Assembly: GCA_963720755.1 (NCBI GenBank)
Contig: CAVRGP010000002.1
Span: 352,001-416,000, forward strand
Origin: an uncultured Chloroflexia bacterium
GTDB lineage: Bacteria > Chloroflexota > Limnocylindria > Limnocylindrales > CSP1-4
DNA length: 64,000 bases
Direction of reading: 5' to 3'
The notes beneath the pieces were generated by a model. It was not told the DNA's origin, did no database searches, and saw only the letters and a program-made list of their open reading frames with translations. Below are positions 1-10,811 of this stretch, piece by piece. The stretch's first letter is position 1, and every line of letters starts with the position of its first letter. Both the position numbers and the translations under genes were made by a program.

Positions 1-100
1 TGCGGGTGCCCGGCGGAAGTGCCCCGGAAACGATGTCCCATCCCCACCGCTGCACCACCGAATCGTGCAGCTGCTGCTGCGGTGGCGGTTCGTCGTCCAT
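1..100 (-). CDS. GntR/FadR-family transcriptional regulator, 5' part (runs off window)
   Basis: Manual translation from ATG at 100: MDDEPPPQQQLHDSVVQRWGWDIVSGALPPGTR, a typical FadR-type wHTH start; divergent from the gluconate genes. Confidence 0.7.
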   Translation of the reverse strand, partial: MDDEPPPQQQLHDSVVQRWGWDIVSGALPPGTR

Positions 101-317
101 GGTTTGCAGTATGCCCGACGATCGCAAAGACGTCCCATGTGTAATGGAGTTCTGTAGCCAATCGTATGGTTTATGGCTGGAGCTGCGCGGTACTGCCCTG
201 ACCCGGGCTGCTGCGCTGACCCGGCCGGCGGCGCTTCGTAGCGTTGGCACCACCCTCGGCGCACCTCTCGGTGCCCGTCTGGTTTGGTCGCACCCGAACA
301 GTGCATCCATCTGGGTG

Positions 318-388
318 AAACATAGTATTTATGACGGCAACATCTTGCAATCATGATTTACATGCACCACTCTCATATATGTCATATC
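318..388. promoter_or_regulatory. AT-rich divergent promoter/operator region with palindrome AATCATGATT (349-358)
   Basis: Locally AT-rich stretch between the regulator and gntP; perfect 10-bp palindrome. Confidence 0.4.
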
Positions 389-509
389 CACAGGAGTGAG
401 TCGGCCTTTCCTGGGTACCCACACATCACGGACGTGACATCGGCGCAGCCAGCGCCGCCCTGCTCGGCACCGGGCAGGTACCCACACCAGCTCCAATGAC
501 GGAGGCTCG

Positions 510-1892
510 ATGGTCCCCGATGACTGGTCGCAGACGCTGACTGCGACCCCACTCCTGCTGATCGCCGCCGCGGCGATCGCCCTGCTGCTGTTCCTGATCA
601 TCACGCTGCGGCTGCACGCTTTCCTGGCGTTGATCCTGGTCAGCTTCCTCACCGCGATGGCCACGGGCATTCCGTTCGGATCGATCGTGCCGGTACTCAC
701 CACCGGTTTCGGCAACACCCTGGGAACCGTCGCGTTGCTCGTCGGGCTGGGCGCGATGCTCGGCCGACTGGTCGAAACCAGCGGTGGCGCAAAGGTTGTC
801 GCGGACACCCTGATTCGGGCGTTCGGGGAGAAGCGGGCCCCGCTCGCGCTCGGCGTCGCCTCGCTGATGTTCGGCTTCCCGATCTTCTTCGACGCCGGCC
901 TGGTCGTGATGCTGCCGGTCGTGTTCTCGGTGGCACGTCGACTCGGTGGGGGTGTGCTGCTGTACGGCCTGCCGGTGGCCGGTGCGTTCTCCGTCATGCA
1001 CGTCTTCGTTCCGCCGCACCCGGGTCCGGTCGCGGCCACCGAGCTGCTCGGCGCCAACGTCGGCATTGTCATCGCCGTCGGTCTGCTGGTCGCCATCCCG
1101 ACCTGGTACTTCGCCGCCTACCTGTTCGGCGTCTGGGCCGGCAAGAAATTCGTGCTGCCGGTTCCGGAGCTGCTCGGTTCCGCTGACGACGAGGACGTCG
1201 AGGACCCGCCCGCCTTCCGCACCGTCGTCCTGCTCCTGCTGCTGCCGCTCGTGCTGATCTTCATCAACACCGGGTTGGACATGGCGGCGGCGGCCGGACT
1301 GGTCAGCCGGGACGACACCTGGGTCTCCGTGCTGCGTGCCATCGGCACCACCCCGATCGCGCTGCTGATCGCGGTGCTCGTCGCCGCGTTCGTGCTCGGC
1401 ACCCGGCGCGGCAAGGACAAGACCGCCCTGGAGAAGACGCTCGACTCCGCGCTCGGGCCGGTCTGTTCGGTCATCCTGATCACCGGTGCCGGTGGCATGT
1501 TCGGCGCCGTGCTGCGGGCCTCCGGCATCGGCGACGCTCTCGCCGAGGTGCTGGACGGCATCGGCCTGCCGGTCATCGTGGCCGGGTTCGTCATCGCCCT
1601 GGTACTGCGGGTGGCGCAGGGTTCGGCCACCGTCGCACTGATCACCGCCGCCGGTCTGATCCAGCCCGCCGTGGACGCGGCCGGCCTCAACGGGGTGCAA
1701 CTCGCCGCTGTGGTGCTCGCCGTCGCCGCCGGCTCGGTCTGCCTGAGCCACGTCAACGACTCCGGGTTCTGGCTGGTGGGACGATTCTTCGGGATGGACG
1801 TCAAGACCACCCTGAAGACCTGGACCGTGATGGAGACCGGCATCGGTGTACTGGCCTTCGGTCTTGCCTCGCTGATCTTCGTGATTGCCTGA
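510..1892 (+). CDS. gntP: GntP-family gluconate:H+ symporter
   Basis: 460-aa multi-TM protein with PPHPGP and SHVNDSGFW motifs; GGAGG RBS. Confidence 0.92.
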   Translation: MVPDDWSQTLTATPLLLIAAAAIALLLFLIITLRLHAFLALILVSFLTAMATGIPFGSIVPVLTTGFGNTLGTVALLVGLGAMLGRLVETSGGAKVVADTLIRAFGEKRAPLALGVASLMFGFPIFFDAGLVVMLPVVFSVARRLGGGVLLYGLPVAGAFSVMHVFVPPHPGPVAATELLGANVGIVIAVGLLVAIPTWYFAAYLFGVWAGKKFVLPVPELLGSADDEDVEDPPAFRTVVLLLLLPLVLIFINTGLDMAAAAGLVSRDDTWVSVLRAIGTTPIALLIAVLVAAFVLGTRRGKDKTALEKTLDSALGPVCSVILITGAGGMFGAVLRASGIGDALAEVLDGIGLPVIVAGFVIALVLRVAQGSATVALITAAGLIQPAVDAAGLNGVQLAAVVLAVAAGSVCLSHVNDSGFWLVGRFFGMDVKTTLKTWTVMETGIGVLAFGLASLIFVIA

Positions 1893-1988
1893 CCCGGTTG
1901 CCGGCCGGCCCTCACCCGGTCCGGCCGGCACCGTCCTGCACACCCGCTCGACCACTGCCGACCACTATCGCGATGTGAAGGAACACAG

Positions 1989-2667
1989 ATGGCAGACAAC
2001 GACGTCCCCCAGCAACCCGTCCTGGTCATCATGGGCGTCTCCGGGTGCGGGAAGTCCACCGTGGCGGGCATTCTCGCCGGCCAGCTCGGCTGGGACCTGG
2101 CCGAGGGAGACGACCTGCACCCGCCGGCCAATGTCGGCGAAGATGGCCGACGGAATCCCACTGACCGACGAGGACCGTTGGCCCTGGCTGGATCTGGTGG
2201 CCGACTGGATCTCCGATCACACCAGGGCCGGGATCCCCGGCGTCATCACCTGTTCGGCGCTGAAGAGGGTCTACCGCGACCGGATGCGCGGCGAGAACGT
2301 GGTGTTCGTGTACCTGGCCGGGAGCAAGGAGGTCATCCAGCGCCGGCTGTCGGCCCGGCTGGACCACTTCATGCCGACCACCCTGCTGGACTCCCAGCTC
2401 GCCACGCTGGAGCCGCCGGGGCCGGACGAGAACAGCCTGGTCGTCGACCTGGGGCGGTCACCCGCGCAGGAGGCGGCGGAGATCATCGTTCGACTTCGAC
2501 TGCGCGCCGAGAGCGGCTCCACCACCCTGGGCTCCCTCTACCCGGGGGCGTCCTCCGCCCCGGCACTGGGCGACCTGTGGGCGGACCAAGGATCGACACG
2601 AGCCCTGACGAACGGGCTCCCGGCCCCGCAGCGAGTGCTCGCTGCGGGGCCTCGGCCCATGATCTAG
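1989..2667 (+). CDS. gntK: Gluconokinase (one apparent frameshift near 2138)
   Basis: MGVSGCGKST P-loop and EGDDLHP, continuing in a second frame as KMADGIPLTDEDRWPWL...HFMPTTLLDSQ. Confidence 0.88.
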
Positions 2668-3044
2668 GCGGTCTCGTCGGTGGGGGATGCCTCGGTCTCG
2701 TCCAGCACGCCGAGGGCAATCCCGTACGGCACGAACCGCACCCGGCGGTCGCTGTCGGTGTTGTGCTTGTTGGCCCGCAACGCGTCGAGCTCGCTGGCGA
2801 AGATCTGCTCGACCCGGGCGCCACCGTCCCCGTTCACGGTGTAGATCACCCACACGCCGTCACCGGTCTCGCCGGTCGTCGGCGGCTCCGGTGCCGGACG
2901 GGCGCGGCGGGTTGACCCGTCGAACTGCCCGGCGCCGTTCAACATGCGGCCGAGCTGTCCCAGCGCACCGCGCAGTTGGTCACCGGCTCCCGGGAAAAGG
3001 CGATCCAGGTCGTCCGGATCGAAATTGAAACCTTCGTTGGCCAC
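2664..3044 (-). CDS. Conserved actinobacterial hypothetical protein (126 aa)
   Basis: GTG with AGGAGG RBS; FNFDPDDLDR...GVWVIYTV...ELDALRANK...RRVRFVPYG. Confidence 0.7.
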   Translation of the reverse strand: MANEGFNFDPDDLDRLFPGAGDQLRGALGQLGRMLNGAGQFDGSTRRARPAPEPPTTGETGDGVWVIYTVNGDGGARVEQIFASELDALRANKHNTDSDRRVRFVPYGIALGVLDETEASPTDETA

Positions 3045-3129
3045 TGCGGTCCTCCTGCTGACATGAGCTGTGGTCGTACTCGATGAACCCAGTCTGCGCC
3101 TCCGCCGCACGGCACGACAACGATGCAGA

Positions 3130-3181
3130 CCCTGATTCCGCACTGAGCGGAGTGAATCGGAAATCAGGGACAAACCCGATG
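3130..3181. promoter_or_regulatory. Inverted repeat CCCTGATTCCG / CGGAAATCAGGG plus TCAGGG-ACAA-ACCCGA, probable regulator site
   Basis: Seen in the divergent intergenic region upstream of the ABC exporter. Confidence 0.4.
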
Positions 3182-3296
3182 TCTTTCGGGGTGGGCCGTG
3201 ACCTACCGTCATTGCCGATACCCACGCCGGTTCGCAGTGGCATCGGCCCGGTCCTGCTCGACAGGGCCAACGCGCAATCACCGCAGGAGAAACCAG

Positions 3297-4135
3297 ATGA
3301 CGCATGCCGCCCCCGATTCCGTGACCGCGCACCGGCGTCACGCCGACGCCGATCCGGTCCCGCCGCCGCCCGGGCCGTTGACCTGCGCAAGGTCTACGGC
3401 ATCGGGCGACACCCAGGTCGCCGCCCTCGACGGGGTCACCGTGGAGTTCTGGCCGCGGCCAGTTCACCGCCATCATGGGCCCGTCCGGGTCCGGCAAGTC
3501 GACCCTGATGCACTGCCTGGCGGCGCTGGACGACGCCACCTCCGGGCAGGTCTTCATCGGCGACGCCGACCTGACCGACGCTGGGCGACAAGGAGCTCAC
3601 CCGGATCCGCCGGGACCGGATCGGCTTCGTGTTCCAGTCGTTCAACCTGGTGCCGACGCTGACCGCGATCGAGAACATCACGCTGCCGATGGACATCGCC
3701 GGCCGCAAGCCCGACCAGGACTGGCTGGACACGGTGATCAAGACGGTCGGGCTGGGCGACCGGCTCGAGCCACAAGCCGAGCCAGCTGTCCGGCGGGCAG
3801 CAGCAGCGGGTGGCCTGCGCCCGGGCGCTGGCCGGCCGGCCGGACATCGTCTTCGCCGACGAGCCGACCGGCAACCTCGACTCGGTGGCCGGGCGCCGAG
3901 GTGCTCGGCTTCCTGCGCGGCTCGGTACGCGAGTTCGGCCAGACCGTCGTCATGGTCACCCACGACCCGGTCGCCGCCGGCTACGCCGACCGGGTGCTGT
4001 TCCTGGCCGACGGCCGGATCGTCGACGAGATGCTCGAGCCGACCGCCGACCGGGTGCTGGACCGGATGAAGGGCTTCGACACCGTCGGCCACTCCGGCGG
4101 CCCCGCGCAGCGACGCCGTCACCCCGGTGACCTGA
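3297..4135 (+). CDS. ABC transporter ATP-binding protein, LolD/MacB type (several frameshifts)
   Basis: [32 protein letters not shown] and VTHD spread over frames; AGGAG RBS. Confidence 0.85.
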
Positions 4136-4136
4136 G

Positions 4137-6697
4137 ATGTTCCGCGCAACGCTGAAAAGCCTGCTCGCGCACAAGCTCCGGATGGGGATGAGCGCGTTCG
4201 CGATCGTCCTCGGGCGTGGCCTTCGTGGCCGGCACGTTCGTCTTCACCGACACCCTGGGCAGCAGTTTCAACGATCTGTTCCGGCAGACCGCGCCGGACG
4301 TCACGGTGCGGCCCGGCGCAGGCCGCGGCCGCCGCCCGGCGGCTTCACCGGCGGCGACACCCGGACGGTGCCGGCCGATGTCGTCGACCAGCTCGCGGCG
4401 GTCGACGGGGTGCAGCGGGCCGACGGCAACGTCACCGACCAGGGCACCTTCATCATCGGCAAGGACGGCAAGGTCGTCGGCAGCGGCGGCGGCGCCCCCG
4501 GCATCGGCGGCAACTTCAACGATGCGCCCGGCCGCCGACGGAACCCGATCGTCACCATCACCCAGGGCGAGCCGCCCAGCGGGCCCGGACGAGGTCGTCA
4601 TCGACGACGCGTGCGGCCGCCAAGGCCGGCTTCCAGCTCGGGGACACCGTCCGGCTGGTCACCTCCGGTGCCCAGCCGTCGGTCACCGGCACGCTGGTCG
4701 GCACCGTCCGGTTCGGCGAGTCGGGCAACCTGATCGGCGCCACGCTGGCGCTGTTCGACACCGCCACGGCGCAGCAGCTCTACCTCGGCGGTGCCGACGC
4801 GTTCAACGACATCGCCGTCACCGGCGACGGTTCGCGGCCAACGCCGAGCTGCGCGGACGCGGTCGCCGCGGTGCTGCCCGCCGGATCTCGAGGCCGTTGA
4901 CGACGTCACCGTCGCCGACGAGAACTCCGACCAGCTGCAGCAGGGCCTGTCCTTCATCACCACGTTCCTGCTGGTCTTCGCGGCGGTCGCGCTGGTGGTC
5001 GGGACGTTCCTGATCCTCAACACCTTCTCGATCATCGTCGCGCAGCGGACCCGCGAACTCGCGCTGTTCCGCGCGCTCGGGCGCCTCCAAGGGCCAGGTG
5101 ACCCGGTCGGTGCTGCTCGAGGCGCTGGTGGTCGGCCTGGTCGGGTCGACCGTCGGCCTGGCCCTGGGCTTCGCGCTGGCGGCCGGGCTGCAAGGCGCTG
5201 TTCGGCGCCATCGGGCTCGACCTCGGCGCCGCCGGCCTGGTCTTCGAGCCCCGGACCGCCATCGCCGCCTACACCGTCGGGGTGCTGGTGACGCTGCTCG
5301 CCGCCTATCTGCCGGCCCGCAAGGCCGCCAAGGTGCCGCCGGTCGCGGCGATGCGGGACGACGTCTCGATCCCCGAGTCGTCGATGCGCCGGCGGCTGGT
5401 CGGCGGCGCCGCGCTGACGGCCGTCGGTGCCGGGCTGATGGTCTGGGCGCTGGCCTTCGACGGCGGGCTGCAGCCCCTCGGTGGCGGCGTGCTCGCCGTC
5501 TTCATCGGGGTGGCGCTGCTCAGCCCGGTGATCGGCCGCCCGATCGTGACGGTGATCGCCGGCGGCTTCCCCCGGCTGTTCGGCACGGTCGGGTTGCTGG
5601 CCAGGGAGAACGCCCGGCGCAACCCGCGGCGCACGGCCGCGACGGCGTCGGCGCTGATGATCGGGCTGGCCCTGGTCACCACGATGGCGATCCTGGGTCA
5701 GTCGACAAAGGCCAGCGTGGACGAGTTGGTCAGCTCCGACCTGAAGGCCGACTACATCGTGTCCAATGCGGTCCAGGCGCCGTTCTCCGCCGCCATCGCA
5801 CCGCAGATCGCCGCGTTGCCGGGGGTGTCGTCGGCGGTCCCGTTCCGCTTCAGCATCGTCGACAGTCGACGGTGAACAGAGCTTCGTCGCGGCCTTCGAT
5901 GCGGCTGGCGATGAGCCAGCTGGTGGCCATCACGGTCGAGTCGGGCAGTCTGGACACCGGCGACAACGGCGCCTGGTATCGACCACTCGTGCCGAGGCGA
6001 GCCGGTTGGACGGTCGGGGACCCGATGAGTGTCGGGCTGCCCGCCGGCCAGGTGCCCCTGACCATCGGCGGGATCATCGCGCCGAGCCAGCTGATCGGCG
6101 GTGACATCGTGTTGCCGCTCGCTGCGCTGGAGGCTGGTGGTGTCTCACCGGTCGACTCGACGGTCTACGTCGACCAGGGCGCCCGGTGCGGACTCCGCGC
6201 AGGTGCTCGCCGAGATCGACGGCGTGTTGGCCGATCTGCCGACCGTCACCGCCAAGGATCAGGGTGAGTTCGCCGCGGAACAACGGGCACCGATCGACCA
6301 GTTGCTGGCCATCATCTACGCCCTGCTGGGCCTGGCGGTGATCATCGCGGTACTGGGCATCATCAACACCCTGGCGCTGTCGGTGATCGAACGCACCCGC
6401 GAGGTGGGCCTGCTGCGCGCGGTCGGGATGAGCCGCCGGCAGCTGCGGTCGATGATCCGGCTGGAGTCGGTGGCGATCTCGGTGCTGGGCGCGGTGCTGG
6501 GCATCGGCCTGGGGTTGATCTTCGGGATCAGCCTGCAGCGGGCCATCTCCGGGCAGGGGATCAGTGTGCTGAGCGTGCCGGGGCTGCAATTGGTGATCTT
6601 CGTGCTGCTCGCCGGGGTGGTCGGCGTGCTGGCCGCGGTCTGGCCCGCCCGCCGCGCCGCGCGGATGGACGTGCTGCGGGCGATCACCGCCGAATAA
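4137..6697 (+). CDS. FtsX-like ABC exporter permease with two FtsX domains (many frameshifts)
   Basis: [58 protein letters not shown]. Confidence 0.85.
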
Positions 6698-6704
6698 CCC
6701 GCCC

Positions 6705-6756
6705 ACTGACCGGAAACGGACCCTTCCCGCACGGCGGAGGGTCCGTTTCGGTCAGT
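6705..6756. terminator. Long hairpin between convergent genes (bidirectional terminator)
   Basis: ACTGACCGGAAACGGACCCT...AGGGTCCGTTTCGGTCAGT. Confidence 0.75.
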
Positions 6757-6769
6757 CGAGCGGCGGGCG

Positions 6770-8215
6770 TCAGGCGTGCATGTCCTCCAACTGCTTGCCC
6801 TTGGTCTCCTCGATGAATTTGAGCACGAAGAAGAACGACAGCAGCGCGAACGCCGCGTACAGGCCGTAGGCCAGGCCGAGCCCGATGTCCTTGAGGGTCG
6901 GGAAGCTGACCGTGATGACCCAGTTGGCGACCCACTGGGCGCCCGCGGCCAGCGAGAGAGCAGCGGCGCGCATCCGGTTCGGGAACATCTCGCCGAGCAA
7001 CACCCACACAACGGGGCCCCAGGACATGCCGAACGCCACGACGAACAGATTGGCGGCCACCAGTGCGATATTGGCCGAGGCCGACCCGAACAGCGCGGTG
7101 CCGAGATCCGGGGTGCCGTCGACAACGGTGGCGGTGCCGAAGACGAGCGCCATCGTGCCAAGGGTGAGTGTCATACCCGCAGAACCGATGACCAGCAACG
7201 GTTTTCGACCTATGCGGTCGATGGTGGCGATCGCGATGAGGGTCGTCAAGATGTTGATCGTCGCCGAGATGACGGTGATGACGAAGGACTGATCCTCGGT
7301 GAAACCGACAGCCTCCCAAAGAATGTTCGAGTAGTAGAAGATCACGTTGATGCCGACGAACTGCTGGAAGACCGACAGCGCCAGGCCGATCCAGACGATC
7401 GTGGCGATCTTGCCGGTCGCCGGGACCTTGAGGTCCTGCCAGGACGGTTCCTGTTCCCGCTCCATGGACTTGCGGATTCGCTCGACCTTTTCGTCGATTT
7501 TCTTCGGTCCGAGCAGGCTGGTGAGGATTGCCTTCGCCTCGGGGACCCGGTGCTTGGCGATCAGGAATCGCGGCGACTCTGGGATGGTCAGCGCCAGCAA
7601 CCCGTAGGCAACGGCGGGGACCACCATCGCGATGAACATCCACCGCCAGGCCTCCAGGCCCAGCCACCAGTCCGCGCTGGAACTGCCGGCCACCGAGGCG
7701 ATGATGAAGTCCACCAGCAGCGAGATGAAGATGCCGGTGACGATCGCGAGTTGCTGCAGAGAGCCGAGTCGGCCGCGCAGCTTCGCAGGGGCGATCTCGG
7801 CGATGTACGCGGGTGCGATCACCGAGGCGATGCCGACACCGAGGCCGCCGACGATACGGAAGATGACCAATATCGTGAGGTTGGGCGCCAGACCGGTACC
7901 GAGGGCTGCGACGAAGAACAGGATCGCGGCGATTCGCATCACCATCAATCGGCCGATGCGGTCGGCGATCCGGCCCGCGATCAGCGCACCGGCAGCGGCG
8001 CCGAGCAGGGCCGACGCGACAGCGAAGCCAAGTGAGGCGGCATCTGCGTTGAACTGCGACTCGATCGCCGAGTTGGCGCCGTTGATCACCGCGCTGTCGT
8101 AGCCGAACAGGAACCCGCCCAGGGCCGCTACCGAGGCTATTCGGACAACGCCCTTGCCCTCGTCTGTGTCGTCATAGATCGATTCACCACTGAACGACGC
8201 GCCGTGCTCACCCAT
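6770..8215 (-). CDS. Sugar porter family MFS transporter (GlcP-like)
   Basis: GGFLFGYDSAVING, QQFVGINVIFYY, PESPR, GEMFP, ETKGKQLE. Confidence 0.92.
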   Translation of the reverse strand: MGEHGASFSGESIYDDTDEGKGVVRIASVAALGGFLFGYDSAVINGANSAIESQFNADAASLGFAVASALLGAAAGALIAGRIADRIGRLMVMRIAAILFFVAALGTGLAPNLTILVIFRIVGGLGVGIASVIAPAYIAEIAPAKLRGRLGSLQQLAIVTGIFISLLVDFIIASVAGSSSADWWLGLEAWRWMFIAMVVPAVAYGLLALTIPESPRFLIAKHRVPEAKAILTSLLGPKKIDEKVERIRKSMEREQEPSWQDLKVPATGKIATIVWIGLALSVFQQFVGINVIFYYSNILWEAVGFTEDQSFVITVISATINILTTLIAIATIDRIGRKPLLVIGSAGMTLTLGTMALVFGTATVVDGTPDLGTALFGSASANIALVAANLFVVAFGMSWGPVVWVLLGEMFPNRMRAAALSLAAGAQWVANWVITVSFPTLKDIGLGLAYGLYAAFALLSFFFVLKFIEETKGKQLEDMHA

Positions 8216-8443
8216 CGAAGTCCCCTTTCGCCGACGCTGGCCACGGGAGAGCATTCCACTCCTGCGGCCATTCGCATCTCGAAAGGGGAAATCAGTCCGA
8301 TGTTGACCCGTTTGCCCAGTTCACGGCGGGTGAACATGATCACGAAATGATCTCGACGGGAGGGGTTGAATCCATTCCCGAGCATGGAGCAGGCTACCCC
8401 CGGGGTGCGTCGGCGGCGGAACGGCCGTCGTTAGGGTGACCCG

Positions 8444-9455
8444 GTGACCGCAACGGACAGCGACGACATTCAGGTTCGCGTCGAAGGCCAGGCTCGGCCA
8501 CCTCACGCTGAACCGGCCACGGCAGCTGAATGCGCTGACCCATCAGATGGTGCACGCCGTGCTCGATGCGCTCGACCGCTGGCAGGACGACGAGCAGGTC
8601 AGCATGGTGTTGATCGATGGCGCCGGGGACCGCGGGCTGTGTGCCGGCGGCGACATCAAGTTGCTGCACGCCGGGATTGCCGGGCAGGCGGCCGACCCGG
8701 CGGTGTTCTGGATCGACGAATACCGGATGATCCGCCGGCTCGCGGGCTACCCGAAACCGGTGGTCGCGGTGATGTCCGGTCTGACGATGGGCGGCGGCGT
8801 CGGCATCTCCGGGCATTGCCGAATCCGGGTGGTCACCGAAACCTCCCGGATCGGTATGCCGGAAACGGCGATCGGGCTGAGTCCGGACGTCGGCGGGCTG
8901 TATCTGTTGGCGCGAGCGCCGGGCGAGGTGGGCACCCATGCCGCGTTGACCGGTGCCAGATTCGGCCCGACGGACGCGATCACCGCCGGGCTTGCCGACC
9001 TGTTCGTCCCGTCGGCGCAGCTGCCGAACATGATCGACCGACTGCGCCGCGGCGACTTGCCCGAGCAGCGGGAGGAACCACCGCAGGGTGAGTTCGACCC
9101 CCAACGCGGGTGGATCGACGAGTGTTACGCCGGCGATGACGTCGATGCGATGGCGGCAGCGCTGGCCGGGCACCCCGATCCGCGGGCCCGGGCAGCGGCG
9201 ACGACGCTCGCAAAGATGTCGCCGACGGCGGTGAAGGTGACGCTGCGGGCGCTGCGCAACGCCGTCGCCATGACCTTGACCGAGGTGCTCGAGCAGGACC
9301 TGTTGGTGGGCCGGCACTTCCTGGCCCATCCCGACCTGTCGGAAGGGATCCGAGCGCAGGTCATCGACAAGGACCGGCGGCCGAACTGGCGGCCACCCCG
9401 GCTCGATCAGGTGACCGACGCCGAGGTGGCAACCTTCTTCACGCCGCTGGCCTAG
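8444..9455 (+). CDS. Enoyl-CoA hydratase/3-hydroxyisobutyryl-CoA hydrolase family (frameshift near 8492)
   Basis: HLTLNRP..LNAL, CAGGDI, MGGGVG, MPETAIGLSPDVG, EGIRAQVIDKDRRPNW. Confidence 0.88.
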
Positions 9456-9488
9456 ATGCCGCTGCCCCCGGCTCCGCACCGGGCGCGG

Positions 9489-9869
9489 TTACGCGTCGGG
9501 TGCCGCGGTGAAGGTCGCGATCGGCCGGTCGGGATCGACGATGTAGGTCGAGAGCATCTGACCGACCTCCGGACCCAGATCGGTCGCGTTGTGCGGTGTT
9601 CCCGGCGGGATGAGAAAGCCGTCGCCGGCGTTCAGCGTCAGGGTTCGATGGCCTTCGATCTGCATTCGTACGGTGCCCTGCACGATGTACCCGACCTCTT
9701 CGCCGGGATGGGTGTGCCAGCCGGAACTGACGCCGACCGGGATTTCGGTGCGGACCTGCACGATCTCCCGGCCGGGGATCGAGGAATCGCTCCGCTGGAT
9801 CTCGGTGCGCTTGAGGGTCGCGGCCAGCGCGTCGCCGGTCCCCGTGGTGGTGGTGACACTCGTTGTCAT
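9489..9869 (-). CDS. Cupin domain protein
   Basis: GWHTHPGEE...PPGTPHNA cupin metal motifs; ATGA overlap with upstream gene. Confidence 0.85.
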   Translation of the reverse strand: MTTSVTTTTGTGDALAATLKRTEIQRSDSSIPGREIVQVRTEIPVGVSSGWHTHPGEEVGYIVQGTVRMQIEGHRTLTLNAGDGFLIPPGTPHNATDLGPEVGQMLSTYIVDPDRPIATFTAAPDA

Positions 9870-10804
9870 GGTTGCCCTTTCGAAGTTTCAGTGGTGGTCG
9901 CAGTGCCGGTACCGACCGGGTGCCGCGGGATGAGCGCGATCAGTTCACGGGCGACTTCCGCTGGTAGGTCCTCGACCAGGAAGTGCGTCGCGTCGAGCCC
10001 GCGGCCTCGAACGTCGCCCGCCCACGGGCGCCACACGTCGAGCACGTCACCGTAGAAGCGCGGCAGTGCACCACCGGCGCTCCACAGCAGCAACAACGGG
10101 CAGGTGATCCGGCGGCGGCCGAGGTCGGCGTCGTCGTGCTCGCGGTCGATGGTGGCGCCGGCGCGGTAGTCCTCGCAGATCGCCTCGACCGTGGTGACGT
10201 CGTCCAGCAGGTCCCGGTAGGCGGCGAGCAACTCCGCCGGATAGCGGTCCTTCCGTTTCCCGATCCCCAGCGCCCGCACGTGGTAGTCGAAGAATGCGTC
10301 GGGATCGGCGCCGATGAGCCGCTCCGGGAGCGGTGCCGGCTGGGCGAGGAAGGACCAGTGCCAGTAGGTCAGCGCGAGGGAGGCGTCCGCCCGCGCCCAC
10401 ACCTCACCGGTGGGGACGACATCGAAGGCGGCTACGGCGCTCACCCGGTCCGGGTGGTCCAGGGCCATCCGGTAAGCCACCCGCCCACCGCGATCGTGGC
10501 CCGCCACCATGAACGATCGGTGACCCAGCGCGTCCATCAGCTGGATCAAGTCGTCGGCGATCGCCCGTTTGGAGTGCGGCGCGTGATCCGGCGCCGGGGT
10601 TGGCCGGAAAGACCCGCCGTACCCGGGAAGGTCGACGACCACCACGGTGAAATGCGCTACCAGCAGTTCCGCGGCGGCGTGCCACATGAGGTGGGTTTGC
10701 GGGTAACCGTGCAGCAGCAGAAGCGGGGGCCCCTGTCCGCCGACCCGGGCGTAGATGACACCCCGGCCGGTCGGCACCCGATAGTCCGCAAAATTCTCGA
10801 ACAC
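9866..10804 (-). CDS. Fluoroacetate/haloacetate dehalogenase-like alpha/beta hydrolase
   Basis: HGYPQTHLMW, GHDRGGRV, FDVVP, YWHW, CEDYRAGA, THFLVE; start may be 10834. Confidence 0.82.
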   Translation of the reverse strand: MFENFADYRVPTGRGVIYARVGGQGPPLLLLHGYPQTHLMWHAAAELLVAHFTVVVVDLPGYGGSFRPTPAPDHAPHSKRAIADDLIQLMDALGHRSFMVAGHDRGGRVAYRMALDHPDRVSAVAAFDVVPTGEVWARADASLALTYWHWSFLAQPAPLPERLIGADPDAFFDYHVRALGIGKRKDRYPAELLAAYRDLLDDVTTVEAICEDYRAGATIDREHDDADLGRRRITCPLLLLWSAGGALPRFYGDVLDVWRPWAGDVRGRGLDATHFLVEDLPAEVARELIALIPRHPVGTGTATTTETSKGQP

Positions 10805-10811
10805 GGTGCGG

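Noticed and set aside
6-356. Cys-rich 116-aa plus-strand ORF (metallothionein-like)
   Set aside because: The Cys run is the antisense of the CAG codons of the regulator, and the ORF crosses the promoter region
3297-6697. Programmed frameshifting or pseudogenisation of the ABC operon
   Set aside because: Too many scattered single-base shifts without slippery sites; matches the error pattern elsewhere
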